A stretch of 64,000 bases of DNA from contig CACOLY010000004.1 in the NCBI GenBank assembly GCA_902628195.1, forward strand, positions 183-64,182, given 5' to 3'. The translations under genes and the position numbers were made by a program. A model generated the notes under the pieces. It was not told the origin of the DNA. It did no database searches and saw nothing but the letters and a program-made list of their open reading frames with translations. Source of the stretch: an uncultured Pelagibacteraceae bacterium (GTDB lineage: Bacteria; Pseudomonadota; Alphaproteobacteria; Pelagibacterales; Pelagibacteraceae). Shown piece after piece: positions 48,474 to 57,156 of this stretch (position 1 is its first letter; each line of letters opens with the position of its first letter).

Positions 48474-49010
48474 ATGCCTAAAACTAGCAAAGTAAAAAAA
48501 AAAGTATCAAAAGTAAAATCAGTAAGTAAAGCTAAACCTAAAAGGTTACCTAAACCTAAAAGTTTATCTAAAACTCAAGACGTAAATAAAGGTCCAATTA
48601 AAATTTCAAAAAACTATATTCCAAAAGAAACTGAAAAATATATGTGTGAAAAACATAAAGTTTTTTTTAGAATGAAATTACAAGAATGGAAAAAAGAATT
48701 AATCAAATCGAATAATGAAGCTCTTTACAATGGAAGTATGGATGACAACAGTATTTCAGCTGATATTGTGGATCAAGCAAGCTCTTATACTGACAAAAAT
48801 GTTGAAATGAAAGCTATTAACAGACAAATTAAACTTATTTCTGAAATTGATAAAGCTTTGGCCAGAATTAGAGAAGATACATATGGATTTTGTTTAGATA
48901 CTGCAGAGCCAATTGGGCTAAAGAGATTAATGGCTAGGCCAGTAGCAAAATATACTATAGCAGCTCAAGAAAAACACGAAAAAGATGAAAAGGTGCATGC
49001 TGATGACTAA
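48474..49010 (+). CDS. dksA: RNA polymerase-binding transcription factor DksA (zinc-free type)
   Basis: YM.E....FFR.KL..W, coiled-coil tip DIVDQAS, R..KLI..I..AL.RI, YGFC..T.EPIG..RL.ARP.A. Confidence 0.93.
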   Translation: MPKTSKVKKKVSKVKSVSKAKPKRLPKPKSLSKTQDVNKGPIKISKNYIPKETEKYMCEKHKVFFRMKLQEWKKELIKSNNEALYNGSMDDNSISADIVDQASSYTDKNVEMKAINRQIKLISEIDKALARIREDTYGFCLDTAEPIGLKRLMARPVAKYTIAAQEKHEKDEKVHADD

Positions 49011-49131
49011 AAAAAAAAGAAAAAATAAACCAGTCCATAATCCAATTACATACAACTTTACAAAAAAATATATTTATTTTTATTACGCTTTTTTTTGGAT
49101 TCTTTTGTTAATATTCGTATTTACTAGATGA
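49003..49131 (+). CDS. Small basic membrane protein, 42 aa (not in the ORF track)
   Basis: MTKKKRKNKPVHNPITYNFTKKYIYFYYAFFWILLLIFVFTR*; its ATG overlaps the dksA 3' end and its stop overlaps the next ATG (ATGA). Confidence 0.5.
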   Translation: MTKKKRKNKPVHNPITYNFTKKYIYFYYAFFWILLLIFVFTR

Positions 49132-49232
49132 ACAAGAAATTTATTTTAATAATTCTTGCAATTGTAGCTATTGAAATTTCCGGTCATGGCATTTTTGCTT
49201 CTTTATTTAGATTACTTAGCTCAATGAATTAA
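49128..49232 (+). CDS. Small membrane or secreted peptide, 34 aa (not in the ORF track)
   Basis: MNKKFILIILAIVAIEISGHGIFASLFRLLSSMN*; ATGA overlap with the previous ORF; the stop abuts the convergent GST stop at 49233. Confidence 0.55.
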   Translation: MNKKFILIILAIVAIEISGHGIFASLFRLLSSMN

Positions 49233-49859
49233 TTAAGGTGAAGGCGGATATTCATCTTTATTCATAAAAGAAAAACCTTTTTTTACTGCATCTCTTTTAG
49301 ATATTTCAACATACCATCTGGTTAAATTTTTAAATTTTTTTAAACCGATGTCATGCCATTCATGTCGAGCAATCCATGGAAAAGTTCCTATATCGGCTAT
49401 TGTATATTTATCACCAGATAAAAATCTTGATTTTGATAATCTTTCATCTAATTCTGTATAAATTCTTTCTGATATCTTAAAATATCTTTCTTCTGCAAAT
49501 TTACTTTTACCTGGGTTGTAATGATGAAATTGATGATGTTGACCAAGCATTGGTCCTATGTAACCCATCTGAACCATTAACCACTGATTTATTTGTAATC
49601 TATTTTCTTTGTCATAAAATTTTCCACTTTTTTCAGCCAAATAAATTAAAATTGCACCAGACTCAAAAACTGTCTTATCAGAATTGTGATCAATGATTAC
49701 TGGTATTTTGCTTAATGGACTTATTTTTTTAAATTCAGGTTTAAATTGATCACCTTTGTCTAGATCAACCTTGATCACATTAAATTTGTGTCCAATTTCT
49801 TCAAGCATAATACTAATTTTTTTCCCATTAGGAGTATTAGCTGAAAAAAGCTCAATCAC
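49233..49859 (-). CDS. Glutathione S-transferase family protein (YfcG/YghU-like)
   Basis: TPNG.KISI.LEE, SP..KIP.I.D, FESGAIL.YLA, YTIADI..FPW. Confidence 0.92.
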   Translation of the reverse strand: MIELFSANTPNGKKISIMLEEIGHKFNVIKVDLDKGDQFKPEFKKISPLSKIPVIIDHNSDKTVFESGAILIYLAEKSGKFYDKENRLQINQWLMVQMGYIGPMLGQHHQFHHYNPGKSKFAEERYFKISERIYTELDERLSKSRFLSGDKYTIADIGTFPWIARHEWHDIGLKKFKNLTRWYVEISKRDAVKKGFSFMNKDEYPPSP

Positions 49860-50871
49860 TTTTTACACCGAGACGATCTTTGATAGTTTTAGATGAAGTT
49901 GTGAATTCAAATCTGTATTTTTCATTAGGTCTTGCCAGTTTAAAACATGCTCTCGCTGCTAAAGCACCCTCATGAAAACCAGACAAAATTAGTTTTAATT
50001 TACCAGGGTAATTACATATATCACCTACAGCGTAAATACCTTTTTGATTAGTCTCAAACTTTTCTGTATCAACTTCAACAGTTTTTTTGTCAATATTAAG
50101 ACCCCAATTAGCTATAGGTCCCAGTTGCATAATTAAACCAAAAAAACCTAAAGCATAATCTGTTTTCAGTGTTTTTACCTTTTTATCATCACCTGTAATA
50201 TCTATGCTTTCTAAATTTTTTTCTCCTTTTATTGCAGTCATCTGATACTTAGTAAAAATATTTATTTTTCCTTCTTTTGCTAACTGTTTTGCTTTATTTA
50301 CTGTAGCTTGTGCTCCTCTAAAATCATCTCTTCTATGAATAAGATTTACTTTCGAATTTTTTGACAATTCAACAGCCCAATCTAATGCACTATCACCACC
50401 ACCAAAGATAGAAACAGTTTTACCTTCAAAAATTTTTTTGTCTTTTATTGAATAAAATACTGATTGATTTTCAAATTTTTCACAATCCTTTACAGGAAAT
50501 TTTCTAGGCTCAAAAGAGCCCACACCACCTGCTATAATTACATTAGGAGTTAAAAATGTTGTACCATTATTTGTCTTAACAACCCAATTATCTCCATCTT
50601 TTTTTACCTCATCTACTCTCTCGTTTAAATGAAACTTTATATTAAAAGGTTTAATTTGATTTAATAAGTTATTAGTTAACTCTCCACCAGTGCACTCAGG
50701 AACTGCAGGAATATCATAAATTGGTTTATCTGGGTAAAGTTCTGCACATTGTCCACCAACTTTATCTAGATTATCAACTATCTCACAATCTAGTCCAATT
50801 AATTTTAGTTGATGAGCAGTAAATAATCCTGTTGGACCTGCTCCAATAATTAATGCATCAGTTTTTTTCAT
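49852..50871 (-). CDS. Ferredoxin-NADP+ reductase, thioredoxin-reductase-like (YumC type)
   Basis: GAGPTGL, GGQC.ELYP.KPIYDIP, GGGDSA.DWA, HRR..FR, GD...YPGKLKLIL.GF.E. Confidence 0.92.
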   Translation of the reverse strand: MKKTDALIIGAGPTGLFTAHQLKLIGLDCEIVDNLDKVGGQCAELYPDKPIYDIPAVPECTGGELTNNLLNQIKPFNIKFHLNERVDEVKKDGDNWVVKTNNGTTFLTPNVIIAGGVGSFEPRKFPVKDCEKFENQSVFYSIKDKKIFEGKTVSIFGGGDSALDWAVELSKNSKVNLIHRRDDFRGAQATVNKAKQLAKEGKINIFTKYQMTAIKGEKNLESIDITGDDKKVKTLKTDYALGFFGLIMQLGPIANWGLNIDKKTVEVDTEKFETNQKGIYAVGDICNYPGKLKLILSGFHEGALAARACFKLARPNEKYRFEFTTSSKTIKDRLGVKSD

Positions 50872-50873
50872 AT

Positions 50874-51194
50874 TTATCCTTGTTTGGATGGAATATTTAC
50901 AATAAGACCATCAAGCTCATCTGAGACTATTATTTGACAACTTAGTCTACTATTTTTTTTTGGTTCGAATGCCATATCTAACATATCTTCTTCTCCATCC
51001 TCTTTAGTTGGAAGCTTATCAAACCATTCGTTATTTACATATACGTGACATGTCGCACAAGCCATACCCCCGCCACAATCTGCATCGATACCTGGAATAT
51101 CATTTTGTACAGCACCTTCCATGACAGTTAGTCCGTTCTGAACATCAATAGTATGATTTTGGTTATCGTGGGTAATGTAAGTTATTTTTGCCAT
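50874..51194 (-). CDS. 2Fe-2S ferredoxin, adrenodoxin/putidaredoxin type (probable start MAKIT at 51194)
   Basis: [30 protein letters not shown]. Confidence 0.95.
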   Translation of the reverse strand: MAKITYITHDNQNHTIDVQNGLTVMEGAVQNDIPGIDADCGGGMACATCHVYVNNEWFDKLPTKEDGEEDMLDMAFEPKKNSRLSCQIIVSDELDGLIVNIPSKQG

Positions 51195-51213
51195 TGATGT
51201 TATATAGTTATGC

Positions 51214-51252
51214 AAAAAAATAGGGCAAGTATGTGAAAACATACTCGCCCTA
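51214..51252 (-). terminator. Intrinsic terminator of the proteorhodopsin gene
   Basis: Minus strand TAGGGCGAGTATGT-TTTC-ACATACTTGCCCTA followed by a T run. Confidence 0.85.
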
Positions 51253-51274
51253 AAATTATTTAATTACTTAGTAA

Positions 51275-52048
51275 TTATCTGCTTCTAGCACCAGCTGAAC
51301 TTACTGCAGCAGCCCAGATTACTAGACCGAATGCAATTTTATTTATAAAGTCAGCTAAGTTGTAAACAACGTTTAGTGAATTAGCATCTACACCACCTGT
51401 TAGGTAACCAAATACATAACCTAATGGGTAAATTGCCCAACCTACAGTTACAATCATTCTCATTGCACCGAACGCAGTTACTAGAGCTTTGTTACCGCTC
51501 TTAGCAGCAGCTTTTCCAGCTTCACCTGAGAATATTTCATAAAGAATGTATACCCAACCTGCCATACCGATTACGAAACCAAGTGTAGCGTTGATGTATC
51601 CAGCTTCTCCTAAATATCCACCGATTAACATTACTAATGAACCAATTAACAATCTCCAGAAAATTCCAGAGTTTGCTTTTCTTACAGCTACTAGAATTAA
51701 ATAAAACTCTATCATCTGTAGTGGCACAGTAATTAACCAGTCAATATATCTGTATACAGTTGGTGAATCACCAGTCATCACCCATACTTCTCTCATGTAC
51801 ATGTAATGGATGAATGCAATACCAGTTACAAGACCTGCAACAGTTACTGACGTTTTCCAGCCAGGAGCAACAGTGTTTCTTTCCATAAAAAAGAAAGCTG
51901 TAGCAGCCAACATACCCATTGAAATTACCCAAAAAGATATTCCAACGAAGTCATCTTGAGCTAACATAGTAGCAGATGCTGCGTTTGCTACACCTGTAAT
52001 TCCCAATAGGGCTACAGCTGCTAAAGCAAACAGTTTAAGTTTTTTCAT
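51275..52048 (-). CDS. Proteorhodopsin, blue-absorbing type (Q105), DTE proton-pump motif
   Basis: Signal peptide, AFIHY (His75), RYIDWLITVPLQMIEFY (D97/T101/Q105/E108), NLADFINK (Schiff-base Lys); RBS GAGGGAG. Confidence 0.98.
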   Translation of the reverse strand: MKKLKLFALAAVALLGITGVANAASATMLAQDDFVGISFWVISMGMLAATAFFFMERNTVAPGWKTSVTVAGLVTGIAFIHYMYMREVWVMTGDSPTVYRYIDWLITVPLQMIEFYLILVAVRKANSGIFWRLLIGSLVMLIGGYLGEAGYINATLGFVIGMAGWVYILYEIFSGEAGKAAAKSGNKALVTAFGAMRMIVTVGWAIYPLGYVFGYLTGGVDANSLNVVYNLADFINKIAFGLVIWAAAVSSAGARSR

Positions 52049-52265
52049 AAAAAACTCCCTCTTTAGTTAGTTTTTACTTATTTAGTTTATATAAACTAAG
52101 CTTAGGCTTCCCTAAGCCAAAGTTGAGCGTTAAATACCAAATATAAAGAGATTATTGAAGACTTAAATGTCATTAATTTACATTGATTTTACTGACTTTT
52201 TAAAATTAAATACAATTTATAATTTAAAAATCTAATAAAAAGGCACTATCGAATCAAAAAACCTT

Positions 52266-54167
52266 ATGTCCTCAAATTTCACTAAAATTTACCAAGAATC
52301 CATTAATAACCCTGAAAAGTTTTGGAAAGATGCTTCAGAAGATATCTTCTGGTTTAAAAAGCCCACAAAAATTTTAAATAAATCCAATCCACCTTTCTAC
52401 AAATGGTATGAGAATGGGGTAACTAATACATGTTACAACGCACTAGACTTGCATATTGATCAAGGTAAAGGAGATAAAACTGCTCTTATTTACGATAGTC
52501 CTATAACAGGAAACAAAAGTGAGTTTACATACAAAGAGTTAAGATCGAAAGTATCAAAATTTGCAGGTGCACTAAAAGACCAAGGTGTGAATAAAGGTGA
52601 TAGAGTTATAATTTACATGCCAATGATCCCAGAAGCTGTTGTTACTATGCTAGCATGTGCAAGAATTGGAGCAATACATTCGGTTGTGTTTGGTGGATTT
52701 GCCTCTAATGAACTTGCAAGTAGGATCGATGACAGTAAAGCAAAAATTTTAGTTACTGCTTCATGTGGTTTTGAGCCTGGGAGAACTGTTGAATACAAAC
52801 CACTTGTAGATGAAGCAATAAAACAAGCTCAACACAAGATTAGTAAGATGATCTTGTTCCAAAGAAAAGGTCATGAAGTTAAATTAAATGCCCCAATGGA
52901 AATAAGTTGGGATGAGGCTCATGCAAATGCTAAAGATACTGATTGTGTTGAAATGAATTCAAATGAATTCGCTTACATACTTTATACATCAGGCACTACT
53001 GGTACACCAAAAGGTATAGTAAGAGATATTGGAGGTCACATAGTTGCCTTAAAATGGACTATGAAAAATATCTATAACATTAATGAGGATGATATATGGT
53101 GGTCAGCGAGTGATATTGGTTGGATAGTTGGTCATTCTTATATTGTTTATGCACCATTGTTTAAAGGGTGCACAACAGTTTTATTTGAAGGTAAGCCAGT
53201 TGGAACACCAGATGCTGGTGCTTTTTGGAAAATTATTTCTGACTATAAAGTAAAATCTTTATTCACAGCTCCAACTGCCTTTAGAGCAATTAAAAAAGAA
53301 GATCCTGAAGGAAAATTCTTTTCAAAGTATGATTTAAGTAAGTTTGAAAGTCTTTTTCTTGCAGGTGAAAGAGCTGATCCAGATACAATTAAATGGGCAG
53401 AAAATTTATTGAAAGTTCCAGTTATTGATCACTGGTGGCAGACTGAAACTAGCTGGGCAATAAGCTCAAATTGTACCGGTATTGAAATGATGAAAACAAA
53501 ATATGGTTCAGCTTGTAAAGCAGTTCCTGGATATGATGTAAAAATTATAAAATCTGATCAAACTTTAGCCAAACCAAATGAAATGGGAGATATAGTCGTA
53601 AAACTTCCTTTGCCACCTGGAACTTTCCCAACTCTTTGGAATGCAGATCAAAGATATAAAGAAAATTATATGTCAAATTATGAGGGTTATTATCAAACAT
53701 ATGATGCAGGTCATATTGATGAAGACGGATATATCTGGATTATGTCTAGAACAGATGACATAATCAATGTGGCTGGTCATAGATTGTCTACTGGGGCTAT
53801 TGAAGAAGTTTTATCTGAACATCAATCAGTTGCTGAATGTGCAGTTCTTGGCATTGCTGATAAATTAAAAGGTCAATTACCTATTGGGTTAATTGTTTTA
53901 AAAGCTGGTGTAGATAAAAATAATGAAAGTATTTCAAAAGAATGTATTCAAATGGTGCGTGATAAAATAGGTCCAGTTGCAGCATTTAAAGTAGCAATAG
54001 TTATTAAAAGACTTCCAAAAACAAGATCAGGTAAAATTTTAAGAGGAACTATAAGAAAGATTGCTGACAATGTTGAATACAAAATGCCTCCAACAATTGA
54101 TGATCCAGCTATATTAGATGAAATAAAAGAGGATTTAATCAAAAATAAAATTCTAAAAAGTGCTTAA
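52266..54167 (+). CDS. prpE: Propionyl-CoA/acetyl-CoA synthetase (PrpE-like)
   Basis: CYNALD.H, YILYTSGTTG.PKG, SDIGW.VGHSY, DHWWQTE, R.DD.INVAGHRL, LPKTRSGKI.R. Confidence 0.88.
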   Translation: MSSNFTKIYQESINNPEKFWKDASEDIFWFKKPTKILNKSNPPFYKWYENGVTNTCYNALDLHIDQGKGDKTALIYDSPITGNKSEFTYKELRSKVSKFAGALKDQGVNKGDRVIIYMPMIPEAVVTMLACARIGAIHSVVFGGFASNELASRIDDSKAKILVTASCGFEPGRTVEYKPLVDEAIKQAQHKISKMILFQRKGHEVKLNAPMEISWDEAHANAKDTDCVEMNSNEFAYILYTSGTTGTPKGIVRDIGGHIVALKWTMKNIYNINEDDIWWSASDIGWIVGHSYIVYAPLFKGCTTVLFEGKPVGTPDAGAFWKIISDYKVKSLFTAPTAFRAIKKEDPEGKFFSKYDLSKFESLFLAGERADPDTIKWAENLLKVPVIDHWWQTETSWAISSNCTGIEMMKTKYGSACKAVPGYDVKIIKSDQTLAKPNEMGDIVVKLPLPPGTFPTLWNADQRYKENYMSNYEGYYQTYDAGHIDEDGYIWIMSRTDDIINVAGHRLSTGAIEEVLSEHQSVAECAVLGIADKLKGQLPIGLIVLKAGVDKNNESISKECIQMVRDKIGPVAAFKVAIVIKRLPKTRSGKILRGTIRKIADNVEYKMPPTIDDPAILDEIKEDLIKNKILKSA

Positions 54168-54492
54168 AACTTACTTATTTTTAATAGGAGCAATATTTTG
54201 TGAAGTTGCAGGCACAATGTTATTGCCAGTGTCTCAAAATTTTACAAAGTTCATTCCTACTTTTGCACTTGCTATCTTTTATTTAACCGCATTTTATCTT
54301 TTAACTTTTGTAGTGAATAAATTACCTATAGCAATTGTTTACGCAACATGGAGTGGTCTTGGAATATTCACGATCGCAATATTAGGTTACATATTTTTTA
54401 AACAAACATTAGCTTGGCAAGCAATAGCAGGATTATTTTTGATAGTCGTAGGTGTTATTTTAGTTAATACTTTTGCTGGAAAGATTAATTAA
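54160..54492 (+). CDS. SMR family small multidrug/cation transporter
   Basis: AI..EV.GT (membrane Glu), YA.WSG.G, four TM segments. Confidence 0.9.
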   Translation: MLKTYLFLIGAIFCEVAGTMLLPVSQNFTKFIPTFALAIFYLTAFYLLTFVVNKLPIAIVYATWSGLGIFTIAILGYIFFKQTLAWQAIAGLFLIVVGVILVNTFAGKIN

Positions 54493-55792
54493 ATTTTAAT
54501 GGAGTGCCCTCAGGATCTCCTAAAATTTTACCATCTTTCATTTTTATTTTACCTGCAATTATTGTTGCAACTGGCGTTCCTTTGAACTCAGTTCCATTAA
54601 AAGGTGACCATCCACATTTACTTTCAATATTTTCATTTTTAATAAGAATTTTTTTATTCATATCCACAATTGTAAAATCAGCATCATAACCTTCTTTAAT
54701 GAATCCTTTATTCTGAATTCCAAAAATTTTAATTGGGTTTTCACACACTAGATTTATTAGTTGAGTAAGTGATAATTTCCCATCATTAATATGATTTAAC
54801 ATTACTGGCATAAGAGTTTGAACACCTGGCATGCCAGATGGAGAGTTCGGATATTCTTTATCTTTATTCACTTTTAAATGAGGAGCATGATCTGATCCAA
54901 TAGTGTCATTCAAATTATTTTTTACAGCATACCACAATCTATCATAATGAGATTTGTCTCTAATAGGAGGATTCATTTGTGCGTATGTTCCAAGTTTATC
55001 ATAACAATCTGGTGCATAGATTGTTAAATGTTGAGGAGTAATTTCAAAAGTAATATTTCCTTTGTGTTGAGATAAAAAATCTATCTCTTGCTTTGTTGTG
55101 ATATGAAGCACATGAGCTTTCTTATTGTACTTTTCAGCCAGTCTAACAATTCTTCTTGTAGATGACATTGCACACTCTTCACTTCTCCAAATAGGATGGG
55201 AGTGTACATCTCCATTTTTAATTAATTTTTTATTCTTATTTAAAACTTCCTCGTCTTCTGAATGAACTGCAACAACTTTTGAACAATTTTTAAATACCTT
55301 ATCTATATCTTTTTCATCTGCTACCAGAAGATTACCAGTTGAAGAACCAGCAAATAATTTTATTCCACAACAACCCTCTAAATCTTTTAATTCAGCTAGT
55401 TGATTTACGTTATTCGCTGTTGCACCAAAATAAAAAGCGTAATTGCAATACATTCTATTTTTTGCAAGATCTAATTTTCTTTGAAATTCTTTAATGTTTG
55501 AAGTGGGTGGATTAGTATTAGGCATTTCAAATACTGCTGTTATACCTCCCGCTACCGCAGCTCTACTTCCAGAATGTAGATCTTCTGTATCGGTCGAGCC
55601 TGGTTCTCTAAAATGAGTTTGAGTATCTATACACCCTGGAAGCACAGTTTGATTTTTTGCATCATAAACTTCTTTTGAATCTTCTGATACCTCACCAATT
55701 TTTAATATTTTACCATCTTTAATAGCAATATCTTTAGCCTCTAACTTACCATCAATATAACATTGGCCATTTTTGATTTTTAGATCTAACAT
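54485..55792 (-). CDS. pyrC: Dihydroorotase (amidohydrolase superfamily)
   Basis: PG.ID.QTHFREPG, EMPNT.P, VAVHSED, LHITT, E.TPQHL, MNPP.R, GSDHAPH. Confidence 0.85.
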   Translation of the reverse strand: MLDLKIKNGQCYIDGKLEAKDIAIKDGKILKIGEVSEDSKEVYDAKNQTVLPGCIDTQTHFREPGSTDTEDLHSGSRAAVAGGITAVFEMPNTNPPTSNIKEFQRKLDLAKNRMYCNYAFYFGATANNVNQLAELKDLEGCCGIKLFAGSSTGNLLVADEKDIDKVFKNCSKVVAVHSEDEEVLNKNKKLIKNGDVHSHPIWRSEECAMSSTRRIVRLAEKYNKKAHVLHITTKQEIDFLSQHKGNITFEITPQHLTIYAPDCYDKLGTYAQMNPPIRDKSHYDRLWYAVKNNLNDTIGSDHAPHLKVNKDKEYPNSPSGMPGVQTLMPVMLNHINDGKLSLTQLINLVCENPIKIFGIQNKGFIKEGYDADFTIVDMNKKILIKNENIESKCGWSPFNGTEFKGTPVATIIAGKIKMKDGKILGDPEGTPLKFN

Positions 55793-55835
55793 TTTTGAAA
55801 AAAGTTATTATATTAAAATCTGGTATCAATCAAAT

Positions 55836-56723
55836 ATGAATAACAGTGTTTATATATTAGATGATAGAGCTATACTTTATATTAATGGCTCCGACTCAAA
55901 AGATTTTCTCCAAAATCTAATTAGTAACGATATCAATAAGATTACTGATAGTTCTAGTTGTTTTGCATCGTTATTGACACCTCAAGGAAAATTTCTTTAT
56001 GAATTTATAATATTAAAACATAAGCAGGGATATTTTATTGATTGTGAAAAATCTCAAGCAGAAAACCTATTTAAACAACTAAATAGCTATAAAATAAGAT
56101 CAAAAGTTGAAATATTAAATTTAAGTAATGAGTTTGTTGTTGCAAGCTTTAGCTACAAAAAATTTTTATCCATTGAAGGATCTAAAGATTTATTAGGCTA
56201 TACTTTCAAATATCGAGAAGATCCAATTATTCTAGATCCACGAAACAAAAACTTAGGAGCAAGACTAATTATCAATTTGGAAAAACTTTATCTATCATTA
56301 AAAAAATTGAATCTTAAAAACGATGAAATAAAAAATTATCACAAAAAATGTCATGATCTTGGAGTAGTTCCAAAAAACTTTAATCTATTGCAAAATAAAA
56401 TATTTGGAATTGAATGCAATTATGAAGAACTAAATGCAATAGATTTTAAAAAAGGTTGTTATGTAGGTCAAGAAAATACAGCCAGGATTAAACTTAAGAA
56501 TAAGTTGTCAAAAAGATTATTACCAATAAAATTAATTAAAGGTAAGATAAAAGAGGATGAAAAAATTTATAGTAATAATGTTGAGATTGGAAAAATTCTT
56601 ATTGATGGAGAATATCCCTTTGCCTTAATTAAATATTTGGATAAAAGTTTTAGTCGAGACAAAATTTACCAAATTAATAATTCAAGTTTTAAAATTATTG
56701 TACCATCCTGGTTAACAATCTAA
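55836..56723 (+). CDS. ygfZ: Folate-binding protein YgfZ (probable start at 55836)
   Basis: G.D...FLQ.LI.ND, LLTPQGK, IDF.KGCYVGQE.TAR. Confidence 0.93.
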   Translation: MNNSVYILDDRAILYINGSDSKDFLQNLISNDINKITDSSSCFASLLTPQGKFLYEFIILKHKQGYFIDCEKSQAENLFKQLNSYKIRSKVEILNLSNEFVVASFSYKKFLSIEGSKDLLGYTFKYREDPIILDPRNKNLGARLIINLEKLYLSLKKLNLKNDEIKNYHKKCHDLGVVPKNFNLLQNKIFGIECNYEELNAIDFKKGCYVGQENTARIKLKNKLSKRLLPIKLIKGKIKEDEKIYSNNVEIGKILIDGEYPFALIKYLDKSFSRDKIYQINNSSFKIIVPSWLTI

Positions 56724-57091
56724 ATTAAAAACTTAGATAGATCAGGCTTAAAATAATTAGGTCCTTTCATAACTTTTCCAAATTCATTATAAATTGGCTT
56801 ACCATTTTCATCTAACTTACTCATATTTGAATTCTGTACCTCATCAAAACATTTATCTAAATTTATTCCAAATGCATGTCCGGCTCCATAAGTTACATAC
56901 AAAATATCAGTAAGTGCATCGGCAACTTCTAATAAATCTTTATTTTTCATAGCCTCTGTAAGCTCATCAAGCTCTTCTCTAATTAAATCCAACCTCAGCT
57001 TATTGATTTTTTCCGAACTAAATGATGCTTTTGTTTTTACCTCTTGGCCAAAAGTTTTCATGAAAGTTCCTACTTTATTGAAATTTGTCAT
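56720..57091 (-). CDS. MazG-like / PRA-PH nucleotide pyrophosphohydrolase
   Basis: LIREELDEL, EVADAL.DILYVTYG, EV..SNMSKL, GKV.KG..Y..PDL. Confidence 0.9.
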   Translation of the reverse strand: MTNFNKVGTFMKTFGQEVKTKASFSSEKINKLRLDLIREELDELTEAMKNKDLLEVADALTDILYVTYGAGHAFGINLDKCFDEVQNSNMSKLDENGKPIYNEFGKVMKGPNYFKPDLSKFLI

Positions 57092-57156
57092 TTTGCTCCT
57101 GTAAGTTTAAATAAAACTAATATATACTTATAGTATATAGTTTAAAAACAATATTC

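Noticed and set aside
51017-51030. GGTTCGAAT (tRNA T-arm-like) and similar strings at about 10180 and 28754
   Set aside because: All lie inside coding sequences and no cloverleaf can be built around them; no tRNA or rRNA genes were seen in the window.
52165-52186. AATGT-N9-ACATT inverted repeat between the proteorhodopsin and prpE genes
   Set aside because: Five-bp AT-rich arms are expected by chance at this composition.
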